From NCBI RefSeq assembly GCF_036365525.1, contig NC_090415.1, positions 13,702,001 to 13,766,000 of the forward strand: a stretch of 64,000 bases of DNA, read 5' to 3'. The translations under genes were made by a program, and so were the position numbers. Below the pieces are notes generated by a model. The model was not told the origin of the DNA. It made no database searches and worked only from the letters and a program-made list of their open reading frames with translations. The first letter of the stretch is position 1; each line of letters begins with the position of its first letter. Below, piece by piece: positions 1 to 13,279 of the stretch. Source of the stretch: Heterodontus francisci (Eukaryota).

Positions 1-962
1 ATAAATGATTTGGAGGAAAGTATCGGTGGTCTGATTAGCAAGTTTGCAGACGACACTAAGATTGGTGGAGCAGCAGATAGTGAAGGGGTCTGTCAGAGAA
101 TACAGCAGAATATAAATAGATTGGAGAGTTGGACAGAAAAATGGCAGATGGAGTTCAATCAGGGCAAATGCGAGGTGATGCATTTTGGAAGATCCAATTC
201 AAGAGTGAATTATACAGTAAATGGAAAAGTCCTGGGGAAAATTGATGTACAGAGAGACTTGGGTGTTCAGGTCCATTGTTCCCTGAAGGTGGCAAAGCAG
301 GTCAATAGAGTGGTCAAGAAGGCATACGGCATGCTTTCCTTCATCAGACGGGGTATTGAGTACAAGGGTTGGCAGGTCATGTTACAGTTGTATAAGACTT
401 TGGTTCGGCCACATTTGGAATACTGCGTGCAGTTCTGGTCGCCACATTACCAAAAGGATGTAGATGCTTTGGAGAGGGTGCAGAGGAGGTTCACCAGGAT
501 GTTGCCTGGTATGGAGGGCGTTAGCTATGAAGAGAGGTTGAGCAGATTAGGATTATTTTCATTAGAAAGATGGAGGTTGAGGGGGGACCTGATTGAGGTG
601 TACAAAATCATGAGAGGTATAGACAGGGTGGATAGCAAGAAGCTTTTTCCCCCAGAGTGGGGGACTCAATTACTAGGGGTCACGAGTTCAAAGTGAGAGG
701 AGAAAAGTTTAGGGGGGATATGCGTGGAAAGTTCTTTACACAGAGGGTGGTGGGTGCCTGGAACGTGTTGCCAGCGGAGGTGGTAGACGCGGGCACGATA
801 GCATCTTTTAAGATGTATCTAGACAGATACATGAATGGGCAGGAAGCAAAGAGATACAGACCCTAAGAAAATAGCCGACATGTTTAGATAGAGGATCTGG
901 ATCGGCGCAGGCTTGGAGGGCCGAAGGGCCTGTTCCTGTGCTGTAATTTTCTTTGTTCTTTG
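1..962 (+). mobile_element. CR1/HER1-type LINE, 3' portion (RT C-terminus and 3'UTR), runs off window start
   Basis: ORF 10-696 has KFADDTK, WQMEFN..KC.VMHFG and [13 protein letters not shown] motifs of CR1 ORF2; frameshifted continuation 657-866; tail gggccgaagggcctgttcctgtgctgta. Absent at the paralogous site ~55760. Confidence 0.9.
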
Positions 963-1067
963 AGTGGGGCAAATGCGAGCATTGAAGTGCAAGTCCTTAT
1001 CTCCATGTAGCGTGCCAAATAAGATTGGTCAGCTGCAGTCACAAGTAACCACATGAAAGATTTATAT

Positions 1068-2155
1068 GACAGCGCTTCTGATATGTCTTCCTTTTTTCTC
1101 AACCGAGGATACCCTTGTCCTCACTTTCCACCCCATCAGCCTCCACATCCAAAGAATCATCCTCCGCCATTTCTGCCACCTCCAGCGTGATGCCACTACC
1201 AAATACATCTTCCCCTCCCTTCCCCTGTCAGCATTCCGAAGGGATCATTCCCTCTGCGACACCCTGGTCCACTCCTCCATTACCCCCACCACCTTGTCCC
1301 CTTCACATGGCACCTTCCCCTGCAATCACAGGAGATGTAATACCTGCCCATTTTACTCCTCTCTACTCACAATCCCAGGCCCCAAACACTCCTTTCGAGT
1401 GAAGCAGCGATTTACTTGTACTTCTTTCAACATGGTATACTGTATTCGCTGCTCACAATGTGGTCTCCTCTACATTGGTGAGACCAAACATATACTGGGT
1501 GACCGCTTTGCGTAACACCTCCACTCAGTCCGAAAGCATGACCCCGAGCTTCCGGTTGCTTGTCATTTCAACACTCCCCCCTGCTTACATCTCTGTCCTG
1601 GGATTGCTGCAGTGTTCCAGTGAACATCAAGGTAAGCTCGAGGAACAGCATCTCATTTACCGATGAGGCACAATACAGCCTGCCAGACTGAGCATTGAGT
1701 TCAATAATTTCAGAGCATGACGGGCCCCCCAATTTACTTTTATTTTTAGTTATTCTTTCCTTTTTATCTTTATTTTTATATTTATTTTATTTAATATCAC
1801 CTCAGTTGGTTCAGTTTGCTTACCCACTTTTCTTTCATGTTTGTACTTGCGGCTGTTTAATTTTCATCCATTAACACCCTATCTGTCCGAATGCTTTGTC
1901 TTTCAACACACCATTAACATAATGTTTGCCTTTGCTCCATGACCTTCTGGTCAGCTATTCTGTGACATTTTCCTTTCTACACCTTCTCCCTTGTTATCTC
2001 TTGCCCCACCCCCGCTTTACTTGCTTAACACTTTTCACATTTCTAATATTTACCAGTTCTGAAGAAGGGTCACTGACCTGAAATGTTAACTCTGCTTCTC
2101 TCTCCACACATGCTGCCAAACCAGCTGAGTATATCCAGCATTTCTTGTTTTCATT
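1068..2155 (+). mobile_element. Penelope-like element, 5'-truncated: GIY-YIG endonuclease remnant plus terminal repeat with hammerhead motif; 15-bp TSD
   Basis: Translation has CNHRRCNTC and NMVYCIRCSQCGLLYIGET (GIY-YIG-like). TSD atgaaagatttatat at 1053-1067 and 2156-2170; empty site at 30300-30314. Confidence 0.85.
2055..2091 (+). ncRNA. Minimal type-I hammerhead ribozyme motif (stem III variant gaaatgtt)
   Basis: AGTT-CTGAAGA-A-GGGTC act GACCT-GAAA-TGTT-AACT: CUGANGA/GAAA core, stem II, stem I AGTT/AACT. Confidence 0.55.
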
Positions 2156-2439
2156 ATGAAAGATTTATATCGTGACCATTACATAATTCTGGCTGAAACT
2201 AGGCGAGGCAAGGGAACTTATTATTACTGGCGACAAATATTCAGGAAAGACAGGTCTGAAAAAATATGGAGGGTTGTGGAGTTGAAATAATTGATCAAAT
2301 ATAATATGATAACACTGGCAGGGATGATGTTTTTGAGGTGTTAACAAAAGCATCTATTTGGTCACATATGTGGAATATGGCAGGAGGAAATGCATGGACA
2401 TTCTGGGTCGCGAAATATTTGTCCTTCCCTGCCGGACAT

Positions 2440-3385
2440 GTGAGTGTGGGATTCATTCTGTGCCCATCAGTATGTGATATTTACCCGTGGCTTTTACTCC
2501 ATATCTGTCAATCTATGGTCAATGATTTGGTCATTTCATTCAATAATTTCAATCTTCAATAGGTGATTCTGTTTTATTTTTCTCCGTAACATTCAGTTTC
2601 TAAATGGGTGATGATGGGTTTTGTTCTGTGAGTGTGGGTTTTGCTATGTATCTGTTAATATCTGATTTTGGAGTCTGGGCATTTCTCTTTATCTGTCAAT
2701 TTCTGAATTGTGAATTTGGATTTTAATCTGCACCTGTCAGTTTCTGGTATGAAAGGTTGTTTGATTTTGTCTCTGTACCTGTTAGTAAGTGGCATTTTTG
2801 TGTAGCTTTACACTGCACATGTTAATTGATGACACGTCAGCGTTGTTTTCACTCGACATGTCAGTCTCTGGTTTGGAGACCTCAACTGTGTTCTGTACCC
2901 ATCAGATGTCTACATATAAGGATGGGTTTTAACCTGTTTCTTTCAATCTGTTGTATGTAAGTACTGTTTATTATCTGTATCTAAGTTTCTGATGAACGAA
3001 TGGGGACTGTATCGTCTCCCTGTTAGTGGTTCATTAAGAGATATTTTACAAGGTACCTGCCCGTTCTGATATGTGAGTGTGGGTTGTGACCTACATCTGG
3101 CCGTTTCTGGTACGAGACATGAGCATTGTTTTCACTCTGTGTACGTTAGCCTCAAGTGTCAGAAGCTGGGTTTAGTCATACATCTCATTCTCTGCTGTAT
3201 GATTGTGGATTTACATCTGTACAAGTTCGTTTCTGATACGGGCGTGTGAATTTTATTCTGTATGCCAATTTCTGGTATGTGAGTGTGTGTTTTTTCTGTC
3301 CTGTCACTTTCTGCTGAACTGTATGGTGGATTTGCTTTGGATCTGTGAATTTCTGCTATCTGAATGTTGGCTTTCCTTTACATTT
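2440..3385. repeat. Degenerate ~41-bp tandem array, block
   Basis: Recurring ttt(t)actctgtacctgtcagtttctgatatgtgagtgtgg-like units. Confidence 0.7.
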
Positions 3386-6110
3386 GTCATTGAGTTATAC
3401 AGCACAGAAACAGGCCATTTGGCCCACTGTGTCTTTGCCTCCCATCAAGCATGAATCTATTCGAATCACATTTTCCAGCACTTGGCCCATAGTCTTGTAT
3501 GCTATGGCATTTCACGTGTTCATCGAAATCCTTCTCAAATGCAATGAGGGTTCCTGCCTCTACCAGCCCTTCAGGTAGTGTGTTCCAGATTCCAACCACA
3601 CTCTGCGTGAAGTATTTTCTCCTCAAGTCCCCTCTAAACCTGCTGCCCATTACTTAAATCTATCTCCCCTGGTTGTTGATCCCTCCACTGAGGGAACGTT
3701 TTCTTCCGATCTGTACTATCAATGTCCCGTGTAATTTTGTATACCTCAATCAGTTCCCCCCTCAGCCTTCTCTGCTCCAAGGAAAACAACCCTGCCTATC
3801 CTGTCTCTCTTCATAACTGAAATGCCACAGCCCAGGAAACATCCTGATGAATCTCCTCTGCACGCTCTCCATTGCAATCACGTCCTTCCTTTGGAGAGTT
3901 GACCAGAACTGTACACAGTACTCCAGCTGTGGCCTAACTAGCATTTCATTCAGCTCCCTCATAACCTCCCTGCTCTTATATTCTATGCCTCGGCTAACAA
4001 AGACAAGTATCCCATATGCCTTCCTAACCACCTTATCTCCCCGTGCTTCTGCCTTCAGTGATCTATGGACAAGTACACCAATGTCCCTCAGACCCTCTGT
4101 ACATCTTAGGATCTGCCATTCATTGTATATTCTCTTGCCTTGTTAGGCCTCCCAAAATGCATCACCTCACATTTTCGCACTTCTCTGGATTAAATTCCAT
4201 TTGCCACTGCTCCACCCATCTTACCAGCCCATCGATATCATCCTGTAATCTAAGGGTTTCCTCCTCACTATTTATGACACCAATTTTCGTGTCATCTGCG
4301 AACTTACTGATCATATCTACTACATTCACGTCTAAATCATTCATGTACACTACAAACAGCAATGGTCCCAGCACCGATCGCTGTGGTACACCACTGGTCA
4401 CAAACTTCAACTCACAAAAACAACGCTCGACCATCACCCTCTGCTTCCTGCCACTAAGCCAATTCTGAATCCAATTTGCCAAATTGCCCTGGATCCCATG
4501 GGCTCTTACCTTCTTAACCAATCTCCCATGTGGGACCTTATCTGAAGCCTTACTGAAGTCCATGTAGAAAACATCAACTGCCTTACCCTCATCTACACAT
4601 CTAGTCACCTCCTCAAAAAATTCAATCAACTTTGTTAGACACGACTTTTTTTTCAAGTCACCTCCTCACTCTGCTTATTATTCTTATATTTTTTTTTTAA
4701 AGTACCACCTCCCCCCACCCCCCCTTACATTTTCTATACTCCTCTAGCGCCTCCGCTGTTTTCTGCCCCAATCCTCTTTTTTTTTCCCTTATCCAATCCT
4801 CTCTATCCCTTGACATCCAGGGTTCCCTGGATTTGTTGGTCCTCCACTTCACCTTTATGGGAACATGTTGGCCCTGAACTCTCATTATTTCCTTTTCGAA
4901 TGACTCCCACTAGTCTGATGTAGACTTTCCTATAAGTAGCTTCTTGCAGTCCACTTTGGCCAGATCCTGTTTTATCATATTGAAATCGGTCTTCCCCAAA
5001 TTGAGTACATTTATTTCTGGTACCTCTTTGTCCTTTTCCATAACTACCTTAAATATTAGAGTTATGGCCACTATCCCCGAAATGCTCCCCCACTGACACT
5101 CCTACCACTTGTCCGGCTTCACTCCCTAGGATTAGGTCGAGCACGGCTCCTTCTTTTGTAGGACTTTCTACCTGCTGGCTCAAAAAGATCTCCTGTATGC
5201 ACCTTAAGAATTCTGCCTCCTTTAAGCCATTTGCACTAAGACGATCCCAGTTGATATTGGGTAAGTTGAAATCCCCTACAATTATTACCCTATAATTTTT
5301 ACACCTCTCTGAGATTTGCCTACATATCTGCTCCTCTATCTCTCCCTGACTGTTTGGAGGCCTGTCGTACACTCCCAGCCAAGTGATTGCCCCCCTTTTT
5401 GTATTTATGTTCTACCCATATGGATCATTTGAGGAATGTTCGAAGATATCATCCCTCCTGATACAGTAATTGACTCCTTGATCAACAGTGCACTGCCACC
5501 TCCTATTTTATACCCTCCCCTGTCATGCCTGAAGTTTCTAGACCCTGGAATATTGAGCTGCCAGTCCTGCCCTTCCTTCAACCATGTCTCCGTGAAAACA
5601 ATAATATGATATTTCCATTTGTTAATAAATGGCCTCAATCCATCTGCCTTACTAGTAAGATTCCTTGTGTTAAAATAGATGCAATCCAGCCTTGCATTGT
5701 TAGCTTGTGTCTTAACAGGTCTGCATTTTCTCTGCCTTCCAGACTGACTCAGCTTCTCTTCTATATTTGACTGTGCATCAACCCTTACTGCACGTCCCCT
5801 CTGTATCCCACCCCCTTGCCAAATTAGTTTACAACCACCACCCACCCCCCACCCCCCTCCCCCAAAAGCACGTGCAAACCTCCCAGCAAGGCTGTTGGTC
5901 CCGATCCAGTTCAGGTGCAATCTGTCCAACTTGTACAATTCCCACCTTGGCTAGAAACCGACCCAGTGATACAGGAAATTAAAGCCCTCCCTCCTGCACT
6001 ATCTCTTCAGCCACACATTCATCTGCTCTATCCTCCTATTCCTATACTCACCTGCACGTGGCAGCGGGGGTAATCCAGCGATTACAACCTTTGTGGACCC
6101 CTTTTCTTTA
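3385..6110 (-). mobile_element. Decayed CR1 LINE with internal deletions (ORF1 esterase end, APE endonuclease, RT, 3'UTR)
   Basis: Minus-strand ORFs: DRLHLN (SGNH-like ORF1), TETWL and GDFNLP (APE), DFSKASDKVPH, GVPQRSVLGP, KFADDTK (RT). Confidence 0.85.
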
Positions 6111-6159
6111 ATCTGCTACCTTGCTTTTGATGTTCATGTTGAATGACCTCATCCCTCTT

Positions 6160-6830
6160 TGAACCTGTCAGTTTCTGGTATGGAATAAAGATCTTTACTC
6201 TGTACCTGCTAGTTGCTGGCAAGTGATTGTGACATCAATCCATATCTGTCAGAGTGTGATGTTACTTCAGATTTTACTCTTCAGCTGTCAGTTTCTGACA
6301 TGTGAATATGGATTTTCCTCATTCTGGTCACTTACTGCAATGTAAGTCACTCCTTTAATCTGTGCCTGTCAGTTTCAGGTCTGGAAGAAAGATTTTTTTC
6401 ATTACCTTTTATAATCTGGCAAGTGAATGTGAGATCACCCTGTATCTGTCAGTTTGTGACATATTACTGTGACTTTTACTCTTCACTTGTCAGTTTCTGA
6501 TACGTGAATGTTTATTTTATTCTGGGTGCCTGTCAGATACTAAAATGCAAGTATGTATTCTATTCTGTTCTTGTTTGTTACTTGCAATTAATTGGAGTGT
6601 TTACTCTTGATCTGTCAGTCTCTGGAATGTGAATGTGGCTCTTACTCTGTGTCTGTCTGTGTTGGATTTGCCAGCAAGTGTTTTTCTTTGCCTTTCTGTT
6701 CCTGATATGTGAATGCGAATTTTACTATGTACCTCTCAGTTACTGGTATGTGATTGTGGTTTTATTCTGTCTCCACGAGCCTATGATTAATGATTGCAGC
6801 TTGTGTCCAAGGCATGTCAGTATCTTGTTT
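6160..6830. repeat. Degenerate ~41-bp tandem array, block
   Basis: Repeated ctgtcagtttctg...gtgaatgtg units; paralogous to ~35410-36060. Confidence 0.65.
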
Positions 6831-6859
6831 GCACATGCCCATTCTTATGTGCATGTTGC

Positions 6860-7640
6860 TTTACGGGAAATGACTATAGGATTTACTCTTTTTTCTGCCA
6901 TATTACTTCTATGGCTTCAAGGGCTGGTCAGAGATTGGGAATTCTATGATGAGCAACTCATGTCCTAACTTAGTTTAGATTAGAGATACAGCACTGAAAC
7001 AGGCCCTTCGGCCCACCGAGTCTGTGCCAACCATCAACCACCCATTTATACTAATCCTACACTAATTCCATGTTCCTACCACATCCCCACCTGTCCGTCT
7101 AATTCCCTACCACCTACCTATACTAGGGGCAATTTATAATGGCCAATTTACCTATCAACCTGCAAGTCATTGGCATGTGGGAGGAAACCGGAGCACCCGG
7201 AGAAAACCCACGCAGACACAGGGAGAACTTCCCAAAGTCTTTCCACCACCTACAAGCCACATGTCAGAATTCTGATGGATTACTCTCCACTTGCTTGGTT
7301 GAATGCAGCTCTAAAAACACTGAAGAAGCTTGATACCATCCAGGACAAATCAGCAGCCTTGATTATCTTACCATTCACCAGGTTATGCATTTACTCCCTC
7401 CACCATCAGTGCACAGTGTATCCCATCTAAAAGATATACTGCATCAACCTGAGGAAGTACCGTACAACAGCACCTTCCAAACCCATGACATCTGCTACTG
7501 ACTGGAACATGGGCAGCAAGCTTATGAAAACATTACCACCTGCAATTTCATCTCTAGTTTGCACAACATCCTGACTTCAAATATATAACACCATTCCTTC
7601 ATCATCACTCAGCCCAAATTCTGGAACCTCCTAACACCAC
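6860..7640 (+). mobile_element. 3' fragment of a second CR1/L2-group LINE family, interrupted by a SINE
   Basis: MDYSPLAW..TLKKLDTIQDK matches the 21157-21567 ORF (MEYSPLAW..TLKKLDTILDK). Confidence 0.7.
6970..7230 (-). mobile_element. HE1-type V-SINE, 5'-truncated
   Basis: Reverse complement of the V-domain (ctccggtttcctcccaca) and LINE-like tail gggccgaagggcctgtttcagtgctgta. Confidence 0.85.
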
Positions 7641-7659
7641 TTTGATGAATGACATTCAT

Positions 7660-9190
7660 TCTGTAGCTGTTCATCAATGGTACAGTCTGAGTGTAGAACT
7701 TATTCTGCATCTGCCACTCTGAAAGACAGGATCTGTTTGTTTATATTTAAGGAACAATGAAGGAGCTCTTACACACCTAGATCTGTCCAAATATCTGTCC
7801 CTCTTTGTATGGTATGTGTGTGAGGGATTCATTCTTTATCTCAGAATGTGGAATGTGACTATATTTATCTCTGTCACTTACTGATATGTGCATGTGCACT
7901 TTTCACTCTACCTGCCAGCTTCTGATGTGAGTGGATTTTTTTCTGCACCTGTCATTTACTGATGAATTGAATGGTGGTTTTGGTTTGAATCGCTCACTTT
8001 CTGTTACGTGAATATGAGTATTCCTTCGTACTTGTCAATTACTGGTATTGAAGTAAGATCTTTAAACTGCACCTAATACAAAGCAAAATACTGTTAATGC
8101 TGGAAATTGGAAATAAAAGCAGAAAATTCGGTAAATACACAGCAGGACTGCCAGCATCTGTGGAGACAGAAACAGAGTTAGCCTTTCAGGTCAATGACCT
8201 TTCATCAGAAAGGTCTGTCCTGATCAAAGGTCATTGACCTGAAATGTGAACGGAATTTCTCTCTCCACAGGTGCTGCCAGACTTGCTGAGTATTTCCAGA
8301 ATTTTCCATTTTCATTTACACTGTACATGGACATGTACATTTTCTGGCAAGTGAATGTGGGATCAATATTTAACCTTTCAGTTCTGATACGCAAATGAGG
8401 ATTTTACCCAGCATGTTGTCAGTTCCTGCAGTGCAATTATCTGATTTATTCTGTAACTTTATGATTGTGGTAATTGATTGTGGGTTTGACCCTACATCTA
8501 CCAGTCTCTGTAATGTGAATGTGGCTATTACTCTGTATTTATCGGTGTACAATTTGTGAGTGTGTGTTTTGCTCTCTGTGTCTGTTTCTGACATGTAAAT
8601 GTGGATTTTGCTATGTACCTCAGTTACTTTATGTGTATGTGCTTCATTCTGTTTCTGTCCATCTGTTGTGAGCGTAATATTTTCCCTGTACCTATCAGCA
8701 TCACACTTCTTTGTATGGCCATTATTCTGCACTTGTTGGTTTATGGTACTGCTTGAATTACTCTTTCCCTCTCATTCCCTGATATGCTACTGTAAATTTT
8801 CCTCTGTACTTGGAAGATTCCACTCTGTGATAATGTTGTTTCTCTGTCTGTCTGCGTCTGGTATGCTATTGTAAGATTCACTGTGTGCCCATCAGCTTCT
8901 GGTATTTAAATATGAAGTTCACATTGTAACATTCAATTTGATCTGTGTGAATCTGCTTCTACCTTGAACTGACAGTTTCTATTCTGTGAGTGTACATTTA
9001 CAAGTGTGCTTGTTAATTTCTGCTAAATAACTGTTTGTTTTACTCTGTGCATGTCAGTTGCTGCAATGGGAAGATGGGAAAGGTTTTTAATTCTGAAAAT
9101 GGCAATTACCGATAAGTAAATGTGGGTTTTACTCGGTAACCCTCATTCTCTGGTATTTGAGTTTGTTTCTTTTTATTCTGGTTAGCTGTC
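7660..9190. repeat. Degenerate ~41-bp tandem array, block (interrupted by palindromic element)
   Basis: Same T/G-rich unit; paralogous to ~36430-37950. Confidence 0.6.
8075..8318. mobile_element. Palindromic mini-element made of two inverted Penelope terminal arms
   Basis: Left arm ...gcatctgtggagacaga..tttcaggtcaatgacctttcatcag is the reverse complement of right arm ctgatcaaaggtcattgacctgaaatg..ctctctccacaggtgctgccag; very short spacer. Confidence 0.75.
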
Positions 9191-9199
9191 ACACTCACT

Positions 9200-11365
9200 T
9201 CTCTGAAGTAAACATCTCATGAACCGTCTCCAACACATTTACTTCCTTCATTAAATAAGGAGTCCAAAACTGCACACAGTATTCTAGATTGGTCTCAGCA
9301 ATGCCCTGTATAACTGAAGTACAACAGGCTTATTTTCATTTTCAATTCCTCTCGTAATACTGGATAGCATTCCATTTGCCTTCCTTCTGTCTTGCTGTAA
9401 CTGCACCCTAACTTTTTTGACTCATGCACTAGAACACCTAGATCCCTCTCCAGAATTCTGCAGTCGCTCAGCACTGAAGTATTTTTAAATCTTCCTGACA
9501 AAGTGAACAACTTCCCATTTTCGCACATTGTACATCATCTGCCAGATTCCTGCCCACTCACTCAACCTACATATATCAGTCTTCAACTTCCTTATGTCCT
9601 CTTCACAACATACATTCCTACCTATCTTTGTTTCATCTGCAAATTTAGCTGCCATGTCATCACTCCCCTCATCTACGTCATTGATATAAATTGTAAAAAG
9701 TTGAGGCCCCAGCACTCGTCACATCCTGCCAATCAGAAAAGGACCCATTTCTGCATTCTGTGTGTTCTGCCAGCCAGTCAATCTTCTATCCATGCCAATA
9801 TGTTACCCATGAGCTCCTACTTTGCACAATAACCTTTTATGTGGCAACTTGTCAAATGCCTTCTGGAAATCCAAGTACTGTATGTCAAACAGGTTCCTCT
9901 TTATCCACAGTGCATGTTAGTCCTTCAAGGAACTTCAATAAATAGGTTAAACATGATTTCCCCTTCACAAAACCATGTTGACTATTCCTGATGACCTTAT
10001 GTTTCTCAAAATGCCCAGCTATAGCCTCCTCATCGATCAATTCTACCACCTTCCTCATGACAGGGGTCAAGCTAACTGGCCTATAGTTAATGTTAACTTT
10101 GCATCTCTCTCCACAGATGCTGCCAGACCTGAGTATTTCCAGCACTTTTTGTTTTGTTTCAAATTTCCAGCATCTGCAGTATTTTGCTTTTATATTACTG
10201 TAGTTACCCTGTCTCTGCTTCCACACCTTCTCGAATAGAGGGATTATATTTTCTACTTTCCAGTCTGATGTAACCCAGTTCACTTCAGCTAGCTCAACTT
10301 TCATGCCCACATAGCTGTCCTTATTTAAGTTTAAAATACTAGTCTTAGATCCACTCCTCTCATTTTCAAACTGGATGTAAACCTCAATCATATTGTGATC
10401 ATTGCTACCAAGAGGTGCAGATACTCTGAGGTCATTAATTAATCCTGTCAAATTACACAATACCAAGTCTAATATAACCTGCTCGCTGGATGGTTCTAGA
10501 AGATGCTGCTCAAAGAAACTATTTCGAAACCATTCTATGAACTCCTCATACAGGCTTCTGTTACCAATCTGATTTTTTCCAGTTTTTATGAAGATTAAAA
10601 TCACCCATGATTATTTCCATCCCTTTATCACAAGCACCCATTAGTTATTCTTGTAGACTTCATCCTACATTGTGATTACTGTCTGCGGGCCTGTAGACTA
10701 CTCCCACTAGTGCCTTTTTTCCCTGACTGTTCCTCATCTCCAGCCAAACCAATTCTACATACTGATCTCCTGAACCAAGGACATGTCTAACTATTGCACT
10801 AATGCCATCCTTGATTAACAGTGCCACCCCTCCAACTTTACCTAGCTTCCTATTCTTCTTGAATGTTACACATCCCTCAATATTGAGGACACAATCCTTG
10901 TCATCCTGCAGCCATGTCTCCATAATGGCTATTAGATCATATTTATTTACTTCAACATGTGCTATCAGTTTCTTTACTTTGTTATGAATGCTCCGTGCAT
11001 TCACATACAGAGCCTTTAGTTTTATCTTTTTGTTATCCTTGTAACATCTAGTGTTGACTGTTGGTCTGCTCTTAGTTTTTTTTTCCTCTGTGTCCCTTCC
11101 TGTCATTCTCTGGCTTTCATTTCCCCGGTTTCTATTCTGTTTTCCTGCCTTGACTTTATCCCTTGGTTTGTTACATCTGCTAAAGCTTGTTCCCCTCCCC
11201 CTTTGTTTAGATCAAGTACCTCTCTACATCCCTAGTTATACGGTTTGCTCGAACACTGGTCCCAGCTTGGCTCAGGTATAGACTGTCCGAATGGTACAGC
11301 CTCCACTTTCCCTAGTACTGGTGCCAGTGCCCCACAAACTGAACCTGACTTCTCCCACACCAGTC
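9200..11365 (-). mobile_element. Decayed CR1 LINE (APE and RT fragments)
   Basis: NARSIHNK, METWL, GVVYRP, SQHGFVKGKSCLT and KFADETK motifs on the minus strand. Confidence 0.85.
10091..10197 (+). mobile_element. Solo Penelope terminal-arm mini-insertion within CR1
   Basis: atgttaact..ctctctccacagatgctgccagacctg..gcagtattttgctttt, flanked by imperfect direct repeat ctatagtta/ctgtagtta; paralog at ~59760-59870. Confidence 0.65.
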
Positions 11366-11374
11366 TTGGCAGGT

Positions 11375-13200
11375 GTAAATTTCACTGTTAATCTCTCAAT
11401 CCCTAGTCTACAATTTACCTCTGTCATTTTCGGATTTTGAGTGTGGCTTTATCTGTACCTGTCAGTTTGTTTTGTGTGAGTAACGCCTTATTCAGTACCT
11501 TTCAGCTTCAGTTGTGTGTGTGTTCTGGCTTGTAATTTGTCCCCCTCAGTATATGGTATGTGAGAGTGGATTTGACAGTTAATATTACATTCTTGTGTAT
11601 ATGAGTGGGAGTTCAAACTTTATCTTTGATTGTCTAGTAGCCAATTTAAGGTTTAACCTGCGCCCTTAAATGTCTCATGTGTAGCTGTGGTTTTTAACCT
11701 GTCTCTGTCACTGTCTGATATAAGAGTAAGGGTTTCAGTCTGGTTTTTGAGTGTGGAATTTACACCACATCTCTACATTCTCTCGGATGTGAATGTGAAT
11801 TTTAATCTATACATGCCAGTTTCTGACATTTGGCTGTGAGATTTACTTTGTACATTGTCATTCTCTGATATGTGACTGACAATTTTATTCTGAACTTGTC
11901 AGTTTATATTCTATCTGTGTGAGTTTTAACCTGTATCTGTCAGTATCTGATATCTGAATCTTCTTAATTATGTTTGTGTTGCTCTGTATCTGTCAGTGTC
12001 TGAAGTGCAATTGTCAGGTTTACTTTGTACCTGTCAGTGTCTGTTGTGGATGAGAGGCTTTCACTCTCTAACTGTTAACTTCTTGCAATTCATTATTGAT
12101 TTCACTCTGTGTTTGTCAGTCTCTGGTAGTTAAGTACGGCATTTATACTGTATCTCCTCATTTCTGATGTGTGGATGTAGATATTAATGTGTACCTGTTG
12201 GTTTCTCCTATGAGAGTCTGGGCTAAAATCAATTTCTGCCAGTTTCTCATATGTGAGGGTGGCATTTATTCTGTACCTGTTACTGTCTGAATTGTGAGAA
12301 GGTTTTAATCTTTCTCTGTCAGTTGCTGGTATGTTAATGTGGGTTCATTCTGGATCTTTCAATCTTTGGAATTTGAGTCTGTGCTTTACCCTATTTTGTT
12401 TCTGTTAAGTGAATGAGGGATTAAATTTGTACCTGCGCATTGATAGTAAATGAATGTAGTTTTTAGTCTGTACCTGTCAGTTTATGAAAAAATGAAGGTG
12501 GTTTTATTTCTCTATCTGCCAGATTCTGATATGTGACTGTTGTTTTATTCTGTACCTGTTATTTTCTGGGATATGATTGTGGTTTTTGATCTGTATCTGT
12601 CAGTTTCTATTACTTGAGTGAGTTTTACTTTGCACCAGTTGTCTTCTGGTATGTGTGTATCGGTTTTAAGCTGGACCCGTAATGTAAAGGTAATATAGTG
12701 TGGGTTTATTCTGTATCTATCAAACTCTAGTGTATGACATGGGGCCTTTCTCTGAATCTGTTGATTTCAGCTCTGTAACTGTAAGTTTTAATCTGCAACT
12801 TACAGTTCCTGATAGGTGTGTGAGCTCATTTTCTTTTCTTCTGCAGCTATCAATGTCTGGTACAGAGGATGTGTGTTATTCTTATATTTCAATTTCTGTC
12901 ATTGAAGAATTGCTTTTCCTTTGAACTTCTCAGTCTCTGCAATGTGTCCATGGGTTTTACATGGTAACTGTCTCTGTTAAGTGACTCTGGTGTGATTCTC
13001 TATCTGACAGTCTCTTGCCTGTGAGTGGTTTTATTTTCTTCTCTGTAACTGTCAGTTTCCCTTCAGTGGCTGGAGGTTTTAATCTTCACTTAAACTCTTT
13101 AATAATTTGTAAATGTGAATTTCACTCTGTGTCTGTCTGTTTATATTATATGAATGAGTTTATTTTCATTTTGTAATCATCAGTTTCAGGTATGTGAGGG
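11375..13200. repeat. Degenerate ~41-bp tandem array, longest uninterrupted block
   Basis: Successive unit ends at 12480, 12522, 12562, 12603 (spacing 40-42 bp); consensus ~ctgtcagtttctgatatgtgagtgtgggttttactctgtac. Confidence 0.8.
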
Positions 13201-13279
13201 TGAGATTCACTGTCTCCAGGATGCACCCTCTTGTGAAATTGACAGACTGCCTTTTAATCTGATAGTGGGTTCTGCTTTT

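Noticed and set aside
11375-13200. 41-bp array as a CRISPR array or a coding repeat
   Set aside because: Eukaryotic context, no conserved repeat with unique spacers, no cas genes; period not a multiple of 3 and frequent stops.
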